Positions 1-10,652 of a stretch of DNA of 60,924 bases are shown in pieces; the first letter of the stretch is position 1; the number at the start of each line of letters is the position of its first letter. Source of the stretch: Candidatus Woesearchaeota archaeon (GTDB lineage: Archaea > Nanobdellota > Nanobdellia > Pacearchaeales > GW2011-AR1); contig CAYTHI010000004.1 in NCBI GenBank assembly GCA_964437555.1, forward strand, positions 1-60,924, in the 5' to 3' direction. The position numbers and the translations under genes are program-made. The notes under the pieces were generated by a model. The model made no database searches and was not told where the DNA came from. It was given only the letters and a program-made list of their open reading frames with translations.

Positions 1-67
1 GAAAGAAATAAAAAGATGAACAACTTAGAATCACGAGGTAACATTAATAGAGGATACTACAAAAAGA

Positions 68-1615
68 TTATTCACCTTGAGGTCTGATCTTTTTTCTAAC
101 AATCTTTCTTGATATGCCCTTGAGAATCATAAGGTCATTTTTGTCTAACCCTCCAAATAAAAGAATAAGGATAAGATAAATCAATATGAAAATTACTGCA
201 ATTATTATGAAAGAATAAAAATTAACCTGTACAAAATTGCTTATTCCAAATAAGATTGCTCCTGAAATTATTCCCGAATAGGTGATATTTAACATGCTGT
301 CTGCCATTGGTATAATCCCTGTTTTTTTCTTTGCTTGGTATATGAATAGCAGGTTCAATATAATAAAGGAAAAACTTGTTGCAGCTGCTGCTCCATTTAA
401 ACCATGGGTTTTAACTAAAATTATATCTAAGAATAAGTTGAGTACACTAACTAAGGCGATATCAAAAAGAAGAATCTTTGAACTACCTCCTATTGCAATT
501 AGCCTATTTGATATTGAAAAAGAAGCCATGAACATGACTCCAAAAGCAAGAATCCTCAAGGAGTTAGCTGCTTCCAGATAAGATGAACCAAATAACAAAG
601 ATAAAATATGTGATGGAAATATCATGATTAGTATCAGAATTGGCAGATTTACCATGTAAATCCATTTCCCAACCTGTTTACTCAGGGATTTTACAATTTC
701 TCTATTTCCTTTTGAATATTCTTTTGTTGCTAAGGGAAAAAATAGTTGGATAAATATCTGAGAAGAAATCTGAAGAACGAAAGCTATGGGCACAGCAGAA
801 TTATATATTCCAACCTGCGTAGCATCCTTCATAATCCCTATCACGAAGGAGTCAGTTTGGCTAAAGATCCTCCAGATCATTCCGGTAAAGACAAGAGGCC
901 AAGAATACTTTATAAATTCTTCAAAAATGTGTTTTTTTATTTTATTACTTAGCCTATTTTTTTTAAAAATATCAGGAGTTTTATTTTTAGAGACAATAAT
1001 GATTGTTAGAAGAGCAAATACTATCCCAAAGAAATAAGAGTAAATTATTGCATTTGAATCAACTCCTACAAGGATGAATAAGATCAATAATAAAACATTA
1101 AGGAAACTTATAAGTATATTATTTATAAAAGAATACCATCCGATTTCCTCATGGGCCCTAAGAGAACTAGAAAAAAGAGCGAGAATGAGATTAAATGGGA
1201 TAAAAATTCCAAAAAATTTAAGGAAGATTATTAGGCGCGGGTTATGAAATATTTCATTTGATAAGAATGGAGCGAGTAAAAATAGCAAAACTCCTCCAAA
1301 AATCCCTGTGAATAAAAGAATAAAGAAGGATTCTCTGAATAAATAGCTTATTTTATCTTTATTCTTTTCAGCGCGATATAGGGGGATGAATCTTGCTATT
1401 CCTTCTGTTATACCAAGTGCTGCAAAAATTATTACCCAATCTGCAGTAATATTTGCTAAAGAAAAAATCCCATACGTTTCTGGACCAAATTCTCTTGCGA
1501 TAACCACCCTATAAACATAAGTGAATAATTTGGAAAGAAAAAGGCCTATAAAAACAATAGAGGAAGATCTTACTAGCTTTTTTAGTGAATTATCGAATTC
1601 AATAGATCTATTCAT
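68..1615 (-). CDS. Polysaccharide/oligosaccharide flippase (MOP/Wzx-like polytopic membrane protein)
   Basis: 515-aa ORF made almost entirely of hydrophobic helices. Length and layout are typical of Wzx/MATE-type flippases, and it sits at the edge of a sugar-nucleotide/glycosyltransferase cluster. Family recalled, not searched. Confidence 0.6.
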   Translation of the reverse strand: MNRSIEFDNSLKKLVRSSSIVFIGLFLSKLFTYVYRVVIAREFGPETYGIFSLANITADWVIIFAALGITEGIARFIPLYRAEKNKDKISYLFRESFFILLFTGIFGGVLLFLLAPFLSNEIFHNPRLIIFLKFFGIFIPFNLILALFSSSLRAHEEIGWYSFINNILISFLNVLLLILFILVGVDSNAIIYSYFFGIVFALLTIIIVSKNKTPDIFKKNRLSNKIKKHIFEEFIKYSWPLVFTGMIWRIFSQTDSFVIGIMKDATQVGIYNSAVPIAFVLQISSQIFIQLFFPLATKEYSKGNREIVKSLSKQVGKWIYMVNLPILILIMIFPSHILSLLFGSSYLEAANSLRILAFGVMFMASFSISNRLIAIGGSSKILLFDIALVSVLNLFLDIILVKTHGLNGAAAATSFSFIILNLLFIYQAKKKTGIIPMADSMLNITYSGIISGAILFGISNFVQVNFYSFIIIAVIFILIYLILILLFGGLDKNDLMILKGISRKIVRKKIRPQGE

Positions 1616-1766
1616 AAATAGAATAGAAAAACGTTCTTTTTATTTATTGTCTTTGTCTTTAATTTAAAACAATATTCCTATTTATGAAAGGATTTAGATT
1701 AATAAAACGCTTAAATTCACTTTTTAAAGGGGAAAGCTATAAATACGTGTTAGACGGCTAGATTTT

Positions 1767-2762
1767 ATGGTTTTTACATTACAAGGTAAAAGGGTACTTG
1801 TTACTGGAGCAGCAGGATTTATCGGTAGCCATTTAACCGAAGAGTTGATTAATTTAGGAGCAGAGGTTACTGCTTTTATAAAGAATAACTCTAGAGGAAG
1901 TATTGGATTCATAGATAATTTTGACTCTAAGTCCAAGAATAGGTTAAAGATTGTATTCGGAGATTTAAACGACTTGGAATCTGTAAATAATGCCCTTAAG
2001 AAAATAGAGATAGTCTTTCATTTGGGTGCAGAAATTTCTATCCCTTATTCCTATAACAACCCTCGAACCTTTGTCAACACTAATGTTCTTGGTACACTGA
2101 ATGTTTTATCTGCATGCAGAGAGAATTCAGTTAAAAGAGCAATCATTGTATCCAGTAGTGAAGTATATGGAACTCCGGATTCTGTTCCAATAAATGAAAA
2201 ACATGCCCTAAAGGGGCAGTCTCCTTATTCTGCCTCAAAGATTGGTGCAGAAAAGCTTGCAGAAAGTTTTAACAAGTCATATGGTTTACCGGTCATAGTA
2301 GTGAGGCCTTTCAATACTTATGGGCCTAGACAATCAAAAAGAGCCATCATACCCAGTATTATAATCCAAGCATTAACCGGTAATGAAATTTCTGTTGGTA
2401 ATTTAAAACCAACAAGAGATTTTAACTACGTTCTGGATACTGTATCTGGTCTGATAAAACTAGCCGAATCTGACAAAGCAGACGGAGAGGTTGTAAACAT
2501 AGGCTCTGGAAAAGAGATTTCTATAGAATCTTTGATAAATAAAATCCTTTTTATACTTAAAAAAGATTGCAGGATAATTAAAGACCCTAAAAAGATTAGG
2601 CCTCTAAAAAGTGAGGTAATGAGGCTGTGTGCAGATAACTCAAAAATAAAGGAGATTACTTCTTGGGATTCTAAATTTTCTATTGATGAAGGATTAGAAA
2701 AAACAATAAATTGGATAAAAAATAACTTAGGAGAGTATAATGCTCCTGCGGGGTACTTATAA
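1767..2762 (+). CDS. NAD-dependent sugar-nucleotide epimerase/dehydratase (extended SDR)
   Basis: N-terminal Rossmann motif VTGAAGFIGSH and catalytic YSASK (YxxxK). 331 aa, typical of NDP-hexose 4,6-dehydratase/decarboxylase-type SDRs. Confidence 0.85.
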   Translation: MVFTLQGKRVLVTGAAGFIGSHLTEELINLGAEVTAFIKNNSRGSIGFIDNFDSKSKNRLKIVFGDLNDLESVNNALKKIEIVFHLGAEISIPYSYNNPRTFVNTNVLGTLNVLSACRENSVKRAIIVSSSEVYGTPDSVPINEKHALKGQSPYSASKIGAEKLAESFNKSYGLPVIVVRPFNTYGPRQSKRAIIPSIIIQALTGNEISVGNLKPTRDFNYVLDTVSGLIKLAESDKADGEVVNIGSGKEISIESLINKILFILKKDCRIIKDPKKIRPLKSEVMRLCADNSKIKEITSWDSKFSIDEGLEKTINWIKNNLGEYNAPAGYL

Positions 2763-2763
2763 A

Positions 2764-3489
2764 ATGAAAGCAGTAATACTCGCAGGAGGATTAGGAACAA
2801 GGTTAAAACCTTTTACTCAAGTATTACCAAAAACTCTTTTACCTATAGGAGAAAGTTCTGTCCTTGAAACCCAAATATTGAGTTTAAAGAAGCATGGAGT
2901 AGATGAAATTTTTGTAGCAACAAATCATATGTCTGAATATATTGATGCTTTTGTTGGAAATGGAGCAAGATATGGGATTCCTATATCAACTAGCAAAGAA
3001 AAGAATCCGTTAGGCACATGCGGGCCGATAAGTCTGCTGAAAGATAAGTTGAAAGAACCGTTTATACTTATGAATGGAGATATTCTTACCACGCTAAATT
3101 TCTCAGAAGTTTATAAGTTTGCTTTGAGTTCTGAGGCAGATCTTATTGTTGTAACAAACGAAATAACTCCTCCATTTGAATTCGGAAAGGTCATTGCGGA
3201 AGGAGAATACATTAAAGATGTACATGAAAAACCCAACCTAAAATTTGAGATCCTCTCAGGAATATATATAATGAAACCAAAAATTTTTGAATTAATCCCT
3301 GAAAATACATATTATGGGATAGATTCTTTAATTAAAGATATGCTTCGCAAAGAGTTGAAAGTTGGAAAGTATCTAATGAAAGAGTATTGGCTGGACATTG
3401 GAAGAGTTAGCGATTATCAAACGGCCCAGGAGATTTATAAGAACCATTTTTACGACTTAAAATCTGGAGAGAATAAAACTGATGGATAA
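2764..3489 (+). CDS. Sugar-1-phosphate nucleotidyltransferase (thymidylyl/cytidylyl/uridylyl type not resolvable)
   Basis: MKAVILAGGLGTRLKP signature at the N-terminus. The ORF track starts 8 codons earlier (ATG 2740, preceded by GGAG); either start is possible. Confidence 0.85.
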   Translation: MKAVILAGGLGTRLKPFTQVLPKTLLPIGESSVLETQILSLKKHGVDEIFVATNHMSEYIDAFVGNGARYGIPISTSKEKNPLGTCGPISLLKDKLKEPFILMNGDILTTLNFSEVYKFALSSEADLIVVTNEITPPFEFGKVIAEGEYIKDVHEKPNLKFEILSGIYIMKPKIFELIPENTYYGIDSLIKDMLRKELKVGKYLMKEYWLDIGRVSDYQTAQEIYKNHFYDLKSGENKTDG

Positions 3490-4432
3490 GATTCTAATTT
3501 TAGGAGGATCTGGATTTATAGGAAGCAATCTTGCTAAAAGATTTGTTGATGAAGGGTATGAAGTCAGTGTTATAGATGGCCTTTTGAATAAAACTGGAGG
3601 TAGGAAGGAGAATTTAGAGCCCATTATCTCTAATATAACTTTTATCAATTCTAGAATAGAAGACGTTGATAAACTGGATAAGATTGTTGAACAAAGCGAT
3701 TTTATTATTGATTGTATGGCCTGGACAGCACATAAATCGGCAATCTCAAACCCAAAATTTGACTTGAGATTGAATGTAGAGTCTCATTTGGCCTTGATTG
3801 ATGCCTTAAAAAGAAATCCTAATAAAAGAATTATACTTTTAGGAACGAGAGCACAATATGGGAATCCTCCGGTTGATGAAATTAATGAGGAGACTCCGAT
3901 GATTCCCGAAGATATTCAAGGGATTCATAAGTTAACCTCTGAATCTTACTTTAGAGTTTATTCAAAAATAATGGGCCTGAATGTGGTTTGCCTTAGACTT
4001 CCAAATTGTTTTGGCGAAAATCAGATTACACAAGGGGATGATATTGGTCTAATTGGGGGTTTTATTAGAGATATTCTAGATGATAAATGTATAGAGGTCT
4101 TTGATGGAAGTAGAAAACGCTACTTGCTTTATGTGGAAGATTTAGCAGAGATAATTTTAAAACTGAGCCAAAAAAGGTTTGAAGGATTTTCTGCATTTAA
4201 CGTGGGCGGAGTAGAGGTTGGAATAGAAGAGTTAGTGAAGACAATCATAAAAATATTAGGCAGGGGAAGTTATGAAAAGAAGAGCATTCCATTTGAAATA
4301 AAATCGATTGATACGGGAAGTGCAAAATTTAATGATTTTAAGCTTAAAAGTTTTATCGGTGAAACTCATCTTAGAGATTTTGAACAAAGTTTAAAAAAGA
4401 CGATCAGGTATTTCCAGGAGAATCTGAAATGA
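3482..4432 (+). CDS. NAD(P)-dependent sugar epimerase/reductase (extended SDR)
   Basis: ILGGSGFIGSN Rossmann motif, 316 aa. Overlaps the upstream gene by 8 nt and the downstream gene by 4 nt, so it looks like an operon. Confidence 0.75.
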   Translation: MDKILILGGSGFIGSNLAKRFVDEGYEVSVIDGLLNKTGGRKENLEPIISNITFINSRIEDVDKLDKIVEQSDFIIDCMAWTAHKSAISNPKFDLRLNVESHLALIDALKRNPNKRIILLGTRAQYGNPPVDEINEETPMIPEDIQGIHKLTSESYFRVYSKIMGLNVVCLRLPNCFGENQITQGDDIGLIGGFIRDILDDKCIEVFDGSRKRYLLYVEDLAEIILKLSQKRFEGFSAFNVGGVEVGIEELVKTIIKILGRGSYEKKSIPFEIKSIDTGSAKFNDFKLKSFIGETHLRDFEQSLKKTIRYFQENLK

Positions 4433-5520
4433 TATGGCGATGTGATCTTGTTCCTCAATATGAAAAATATAAAAAAGAAATAAATGAGTCTATAGAAAGA
4501 GTCCTTAAATCCGGGCGTTACATTCTTTCTTCGGAGGTTGCAGAATTTGAGAAAGAATTTGCGAAGTATCTGGGAGTTAATTACTCTATTGCTGTTGGGA
4601 ATGGGACTGATGGACTAACCTTGTCCTTGATGGCCTTAGGTATAGGAAAAGGAGATGAAGTTATAACTACTCCTTTTACTGCAATTCCCACTGTATCCGC
4701 AATTATAGATAGTGGGGCAAAACCTGTATTTGTAGATATAAATCCAGATACATTTTTGATAGACTTAACTAAAGTTAGGGATGCTATAACCTCCAAAACC
4801 AAGGCAATTATTCCTGTTCATATCTTCGGAAATGTTGTTGACATTCCTAAATTAAGAGAAATTGTTGGAAATATTAGAATTATTGAAGATGCTTCACAGT
4901 CTCATGGGAGTAAAATAAAAGGGATTCAATCTGGAACTATGGGGGACCTGGGGGTATTCAGTTTTTATCCTTCGAAAAATTTAGGAGCTTATGGTGATGG
5001 AGGGATGATTGTTACTAATAATAAAGAATGGGCAGATAAAATAAGGCTTCTACGCATGTATGGGATGGTGGACAAAGATAATATAATTATCAATGGAATT
5101 AATAGTAGGTTAGATGAATTACAGGCTGCTATCCTAAGAGTCAAATTAAAATACCTTGATAAGATGAATATCGTCAGAAACGAAATAGCAGAACGTTACA
5201 AAAAAGAATTAAATGCCGAATTTTTCAAGCATCAAAAAATCCCTGAGGAAGTCTTTTCTAATTATCATGTTTTTGTTTCGAGATTTAAAGGGAAAAGAGA
5301 AGCTCTGATAAAATATTTGGAAGAGAATCAAATACAGACAAACATTTATTATCTAATCCCTTTACATCTTCAAAAAGCAAATAAATTTCTTGGATTGAAA
5401 GAAGGAGATTTCCCTCAAGCGGAAAAATTATGTAAAGAAGTCATTGCATTACCCTTGTATCCTGAATTTGAAAAAAGTCAGCAAGATTATGTAATAAAAT
5501 ATATAAACGAATTTAGGTAA
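4429..5520 (+). CDS. DegT/DnrJ/EryC1/StrS-family PLP-dependent sugar aminotransferase
   Basis: Conserved FSFYPSKNLGAYGDGG block (PLP lysine) and the C-terminal LPLYPEF-type ending typical of the family. Confidence 0.9.
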   Translation: MIWRCDLVPQYEKYKKEINESIERVLKSGRYILSSEVAEFEKEFAKYLGVNYSIAVGNGTDGLTLSLMALGIGKGDEVITTPFTAIPTVSAIIDSGAKPVFVDINPDTFLIDLTKVRDAITSKTKAIIPVHIFGNVVDIPKLREIVGNIRIIEDASQSHGSKIKGIQSGTMGDLGVFSFYPSKNLGAYGDGGMIVTNNKEWADKIRLLRMYGMVDKDNIIINGINSRLDELQAAILRVKLKYLDKMNIVRNEIAERYKKELNAEFFKHQKIPEEVFSNYHVFVSRFKGKREALIKYLEENQIQTNIYYLIPLHLQKANKFLGLKEGDFPQAEKLCKEVIALPLYPEFEKSQQDYVIKYINEFR

Positions 5521-5528
5521 AAAGATAA

Positions 5529-5963
5529 ATGCAAGGTAAGAAAGAAATGCTTGAAAGATTGGTAAGATTAGCAGAAGGAAGTATAAATTTCTATAACGTT
5601 TCTCTTGAAAAAGCAAGAGACATGTCTAAAAGAAAGGGGTTTATCCTTCTATTCTCGCCGAAAGATGAAGGATTCATTACCGGTTATGAGGATTATGAAT
5701 CTCCTGAGAATATGTTTATATGGCTATTTGGAATTCTTCCTGAATTTCAAGGGAAGGGTCTTGGTTCTAAACTTCTTGATGATTTTGAGAAAATAGCAAA
5801 AGATAGAGGATATAGAAGGGTTAGATCTTATACCTATAATAGATTTAAGTCTAAAATTATTCTTTCACTTAACAGAGGATATAGAATAATCGAAACTAAA
5901 TTTGAAAAAGATAGGAATGATTATCGAATTATGCTGGAAAAAGATTTGTTAGGGGGAATATAG
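5529..5963 (+). CDS. GNAT-family N-acetyltransferase
   Basis: Acetyl-CoA binding motif QGKGLGSKLL (Q/RxxGxG/A). 144 aa, directly downstream of the aminotransferase. Confidence 0.75.
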   Translation: MQGKKEMLERLVRLAEGSINFYNVSLEKARDMSKRKGFILLFSPKDEGFITGYEDYESPENMFIWLFGILPEFQGKGLGSKLLDDFEKIAKDRGYRRVRSYTYNRFKSKIILSLNRGYRIIETKFEKDRNDYRIMLEKDLLGGI

Positions 5964-5982
5964 GATCATTAAGGAATTAGAT

Positions 5983-7080
5983 ATGAGAGTTAATAAATTA
6001 AAAATTTTTTATATAGGTGATGCAACCTCTCCCCATATAGTCTTCTGGGCTAAAAAATTTTATGATTTAGGACATGAGGTTCATGTGATTAGCCCATATA
6101 ACTCAATAATCGAAAATGTTTATGTTCATCCAATTAAAACTAGATATAACAAATTTGTAAATTTCATTTTATCTTATTTTAAGATAAGAAGATTGATAAA
6201 GAAAGGCCGCCCTGATTTAATTCATGCTAATTTTTTAGGATCTCTGACATTCTTAGTAGCATTGACCGGGTTTCACCCATTTATAGGCACTGTTTGGGGT
6301 AGCGATCTTGCAATATTTAGGAAAAAAAATCTTCTATCTGGCTTTATGTTTAGGTATATCCTCAAAAAAAGTGATTCTATAGAAGTCTCTGATAGAGCGA
6401 CAAAAGATTTTTTACATAGAAATTATTCCTTGGATAATAAAAAAATCGATTTCCCTTACTGGGGGGTTGATACAAAAGAACTTATTCCTATAAAAAAAAA
6501 GAAGAAATTTGATATAATATATCTGAGAAAATCATCAAAAAAGTATTCAACCACTACTTTTATAGAGGCTATTAACTTAGTTAAGAAAAAATTCCCTTAT
6601 ATAGTCTCTGTGCTTAGAAGAGATAAAGGTTATTCTGAGGCAGAAAATTTAATAAAGGAATATCAATTGGATAAATCTTTTATAGGGCTAGATTGGATGC
6701 CTCATGAAAAAATTGTTGACCTCATGAACTCTTCTATAATTTATGTGGATAGCTTTAAAAGAGATACTCCTGGAGCAGGGATCGGGATTGCTACAATGGA
6801 GGCAATGGCTTGTGGCCTGCCAATTATAATCGCAGATAATCCTGGAGTTGAAGAATATGTTAAACATAATTATAATGGATTAGTTTATAAAGGGGGAGAC
6901 TATGTCGAACTTTCCAAATTCATAGTAGATTTGTTAAGAAATAAAAAATTGAGGGAGAGATTAGGGAATAATGCAAGAAAAACAATTGTGGATAAGCTTA
7001 ACTGGGATAGAATATCAAAAAAAATTGAAGGAAAATATTTAACCTTGGTTGAAGAATATACCTATAAAGGAAAAGATTAA
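5983..7080 (+). CDS. Glycosyltransferase, GT4 (GT-B fold)
   Basis: C-terminal EAMACGLPIIIADNPGVEEYV (E-x7-E region) typical of GT4/GT1-type enzymes. 365 aa. Confidence 0.85.
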   Translation: MRVNKLKIFYIGDATSPHIVFWAKKFYDLGHEVHVISPYNSIIENVYVHPIKTRYNKFVNFILSYFKIRRLIKKGRPDLIHANFLGSLTFLVALTGFHPFIGTVWGSDLAIFRKKNLLSGFMFRYILKKSDSIEVSDRATKDFLHRNYSLDNKKIDFPYWGVDTKELIPIKKKKKFDIIYLRKSSKKYSTTTFIEAINLVKKKFPYIVSVLRRDKGYSEAENLIKEYQLDKSFIGLDWMPHEKIVDLMNSSIIYVDSFKRDTPGAGIGIATMEAMACGLPIIIADNPGVEEYVKHNYNGLVYKGGDYVELSKFIVDLLRNKKLRERLGNNARKTIVDKLNWDRISKKIEGKYLTLVEEYTYKGKD

Positions 7081-7113
7081 TAAATCTGCTTCATTGTTAA
7101 TGAAGATTGAATA

Positions 7114-7776
7114 ATGAAAAGTCAATTTGAAGACAGAGATTATGTAAATCTATTTGTGAATTATCCTGAGGGGTACCAACCCTTTTTAAGTAGAATAACT
7201 CGAAGAATGAAAAAAAGGAAGTGTACTAAAGGAAGTGTACTCCTTATTGGTTGTGGAAGTGGAAGAGAGCCTAAATTATTTTCTCAAATGGGATTTGAAG
7301 TTTATGGCATAGACATATCTAGAAAAATGATAAAAAGCGCGAGTACCTCTGAACCTTCAGCTAAGTATTACTTGGGAAATGCTTTAGATGTTCTTCAAAG
7401 AGAAAAATTTCGAAAATTTGATTATGTTTTGTGCCTTTCAAATTTTCTGGGTTACTTAAAAATTAATGAGGTCAAGAAATTGATTAAGCTGATTGATAAA
7501 AATTTAAAAAACGATGCGATGATGATTTTTAGCGTAAAATTATTATTTAGTAAATATTGGTCCGTCCCACTAACTTTTCTCTCTTATGTTATTGATCTTT
7601 TCTCTGCTAGAAGCTATCGTTGGGGAGATCTATATTTTATAGACAAAAAGGGTAAAAGATTATTAAAAAGACATTGGTGGACACAAAATGAAGTGAAGAG
7701 TTATTTTGGAGAGTATCAGATCGAGTTTGATAATATCTTTGAGGGTATTTTTTTCGTTAAGAAAGTGTGCACTTAG
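7114..7776 (+). CDS. Class I SAM-dependent methyltransferase
   Basis: Motif I LLIGCGSGRE followed by an acidic residue after beta-2 (YGIDIS). 220 aa. Confidence 0.75.
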   Translation: MKSQFEDRDYVNLFVNYPEGYQPFLSRITRRMKKRKCTKGSVLLIGCGSGREPKLFSQMGFEVYGIDISRKMIKSASTSEPSAKYYLGNALDVLQREKFRKFDYVLCLSNFLGYLKINEVKKLIKLIDKNLKNDAMMIFSVKLLFSKYWSVPLTFLSYVIDLFSARSYRWGDLYFIDKKGKRLLKRHWWTQNEVKSYFGEYQIEFDNIFEGIFFVKKVCT

Positions 7777-7858
7777 AGAACATATGTCTCATTGTTATAT
7801 AAGTTTTTCTAAAGAGGTAAATTTTTAAATGTCTTTCTTTTAAGAAAATAGGATAAAA

Positions 7859-8908
7859 ATGGTAAACTTTGGAATAGTTGGATGCGGAAGAGTTTCGGGA
7901 AAGCACATTAGTGCACTAAAGCAAATTGTTGGAGCAAGGATTACTGCAGTCTGCGATATAAGTGAAGAGAGGGCAAAAAAGGCGGCTGTGGAAACAGGCT
8001 CTAAATGTTATCTGAGTTATGATGAGATGCTCAAAGATCCAATGGTAGATGCCATCAATATCTGCACACCTTCTGGGCTTCATCCTGAGATGACTATTAA
8101 AGCAGCAAGGGCGGGGAAACATATTGTTTGCGAAAAGCCTATAGCCCTAAAGATGAAAGATGCCAAAAACATGCTTGAGGAATGTAAAAAAGCAAGGGTT
8201 TCATTGTTTGTTGTAAAGCAGAACAGATACAATCCCCCAATTTTACACCTCAAGAAAGCTATCCGAGATGGAAGATTTGGAAGGATTTTCTTGGCCAATG
8301 TGACTGTAAGATGGAGTCGAGGACAGGATTACTATGATCGAGACGCGTGGAGAGGGAAGATAGTGCATGATGGAGGGGTCCTGTTAAACCAGACTTCACA
8401 TCATATTGACATGTTACAATGGTTAGTTGGAGAGATTGATTCTGTTATTTGTAAAAAAGCTACATTTGCGCACAACATAGAAACTGAAGATACTGCAGTT
8501 GCTGTATTAAAATTCAAGAATGGGGCAATTGGGACCTTTGAAGGGACCACATGCACATTTCCAAAAGATTTAGAGGGATCGATTTCAATCCTTGGAGAAA
8601 AAGGATCTGTCAAGGTTGGAGGATTTGCGATGAATAAGATGGAGACCTGGCAATTTAAAGAACCTATAGCAGAAGATAATGAGATTGTTCATTCTATAAC
8701 AAACCCTCCTAATGTTTATGGCTTCGGCCACTCTCCATTGCTTCAAGAAGTCGTAACTTCTTTGCGGGCTAATCAAGGGCCGAAAATAGATGGGGAAGAG
8801 GGAGCGAAAAGCCTTAAGGCGATAATCGCCATGCTAAAATCAGCAAAGTTAAATAGGGAAGTTTTCCTTGATGAAATAACTGATGATGATGATGAACATT
8901 ATTACTGA
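7859..8908 (+). CDS. Gfo/Idh/MocA-family sugar-nucleotide oxidoreductase (WbpB-like)
   Basis: N-terminal FGIVGCGRVSGKH Rossmann motif and the EKP motif (CEKPIAL). Followed by an acetyltransferase and an aminotransferase, as in WbpB/D/E-type clusters. Confidence 0.8.
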   Translation: MVNFGIVGCGRVSGKHISALKQIVGARITAVCDISEERAKKAAVETGSKCYLSYDEMLKDPMVDAINICTPSGLHPEMTIKAARAGKHIVCEKPIALKMKDAKNMLEECKKARVSLFVVKQNRYNPPILHLKKAIRDGRFGRIFLANVTVRWSRGQDYYDRDAWRGKIVHDGGVLLNQTSHHIDMLQWLVGEIDSVICKKATFAHNIETEDTAVAVLKFKNGAIGTFEGTTCTFPKDLEGSISILGEKGSVKVGGFAMNKMETWQFKEPIAEDNEIVHSITNPPNVYGFGHSPLLQEVVTSLRANQGPKIDGEEGAKSLKAIIAMLKSAKLNREVFLDEITDDDDEHYY

Positions 8909-8970
8909 TTGAGATAAAAATTATTATCTTTAAGAAGGTTTTATAAAGCTATGGAATTAGGAAATTTTAG

Positions 8971-9480
8971 ATGGATTTAGAAAATATGATAGCCCCTACT
9001 GCAATTGTGAAAGATGCGAAAATTGGGGTTGGAACGAGAATATGGCATTATGCTAACGTTTATGGATGTACTATTGGTGATGAAAGCACTGTAGGCTCTT
9101 ATACTGAAGTTCAATCAGGAGCGAAAATTGGAAACAGGGTTACTATATCAAGCCATTCATTTATCTGCGATTTGGTTACTATTGATGATGAAGCATGGCT
9201 CGGACATGGAGTTATGACAATTAATGATTTATTTCCTCCTTCAAAAAGTAGAGAAGGAACAAATGCGCATTGGAAGCCTACTTTCATAGGCAAAGGGGCG
9301 ATAATCGGAAGCAATGCTACTTTATTCCCTGTTAGAATCGGAGAAGGGGCAGTGATTGGCGCAGGCTCTGTTGTGACAAAAAATGTTCCGGCAGGACAAG
9401 TCTGGGCAGGAAATCCTGCCAGATATATAAAAGATGTTAGGGACCTAAGAGATGATTCAGGCAAACCCGCTTACCCCTAA
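8971..9480 (+). CDS. Left-handed beta-helix (hexapeptide-repeat) acetyltransferase (WbpD-like)
   Basis: Repeated [LIV]-G-x4 hexapeptide pattern (IGVGTRI, IGDESTV, IGNRVTI, IGKGAII, IGEGAVIGAGSVV). 169 aa. Confidence 0.8.
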   Translation: MDLENMIAPTAIVKDAKIGVGTRIWHYANVYGCTIGDESTVGSYTEVQSGAKIGNRVTISSHSFICDLVTIDDEAWLGHGVMTINDLFPPSKSREGTNAHWKPTFIGKGAIIGSNATLFPVRIGEGAVIGAGSVVTKNVPAGQVWAGNPARYIKDVRDLRDDSGKPAYP

Positions 9481-9536
9481 TCTTATTTCTATTGCTAAAT
9501 AATAACGTTTATAAGAGCTTAATATATGCAGTAATT

Positions 9537-10637
9537 ATGATACTCCTACATAACCTGAAAGCACAGCACGATTCAATAAGAAAAGAGCTTGACTCGGCAA
9601 TCAATTCAGTGATTGAAAAATCCCAGTTTATAAGCGGAGATTTCACAAAAGAATTTGAGAAGAATTTCGCGGCTTTTTGCAATAAGCCTTATTGTGTTGG
9701 CTCTTCAAATGGAAGCACCGCCTTATTTGCTGCCCTAAAATGCTTGGGAATAAAACAGGGCGATGAAGTTATACTGCCTGCTAATACTTTTATTGCGACG
9801 GCCTTTGCAGTAACATTATGCGGCGCCAAGCCAATATTTGTTGATGTGAATGAAAGTGATTCTTTGATTAATACAGATTTGATAGAAAAAAGCATAACAA
9901 AAAAGACTAAAGCAATAATTCCTGTTCATCTTTATGGAGGAGTTTGTGAGATGGACAGAATAATAGAAATAGCAAAGAAAAATAACTTATTAATTGTAGA
10001 GGATTGCGCGCAAGCTCATGGCTCAAAATATAAAGGAAAAATAGTGCCGATAACAGATATAGGAACTTTCAGTTTTTTTCCTGCCAAAAATCTTGGAGCT
10101 TTGGGTGATGCTGGCGCAATAGTTTCATCAAATGAAGAATTTGTGGAAAAGTGCAGGATGTTTGTAAATCATGGAAGATTAGACAAATATTTTCATTCTA
10201 TAGAAGGATTTAATTTTAGGCTTGTGAACCTTCAGGCAGGGATATTGAATGTTAAATTAAAATATCTGAATTCTTGGCTTAAAAATAAGAGAAAAGTTGC
10301 TGCAGCTTATGATAAAGAATTGATTGATGCTGTTGGCTTAATGAAGACAACAAATGATGTGGAGCATTCATATCATCTTTATGTTATAAAAACAAGCCAA
10401 AGAAATAAACTTCAGGAGTATCTTAAGAATAAGGGAATAGAAACAGGAGTTCATTATCCTGTTCCATTGCATCTTCAACCGGTTTTCAACTATTTAGGTC
10501 ATAAGGAAGGGAATTTTCCAATAGCTGAAAGGCTATCCAAAGAAATTCTTTCAATACCGATTTATTCAGAGCTTACGGATAGTAATCAGCAGGATATAAT
10601 TATTAATATTAAAGAATTTTTTAAAGAAAACTCCTAA
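9537..10637 (+). CDS. DegT-family PLP-dependent sugar aminotransferase (WbpE-like)
   Basis: FSFFPAKNLGALGDAG block. The ORF-track start at 9492 is TTG with a non-conserved leader; ATG 9537 gives the family-typical N-terminus. Confidence 0.88.
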   Translation: MILLHNLKAQHDSIRKELDSAINSVIEKSQFISGDFTKEFEKNFAAFCNKPYCVGSSNGSTALFAALKCLGIKQGDEVILPANTFIATAFAVTLCGAKPIFVDVNESDSLINTDLIEKSITKKTKAIIPVHLYGGVCEMDRIIEIAKKNNLLIVEDCAQAHGSKYKGKIVPITDIGTFSFFPAKNLGALGDAGAIVSSNEEFVEKCRMFVNHGRLDKYFHSIEGFNFRLVNLQAGILNVKLKYLNSWLKNKRKVAAAYDKELIDAVGLMKTTNDVEHSYHLYVIKTSQRNKLQEYLKNKGIETGVHYPVPLHLQPVFNYLGHKEGNFPIAERLSKEILSIPIYSELTDSNQQDIIINIKEFFKENS

Positions 10638-10652
10638 AAATCTTTTAAGATA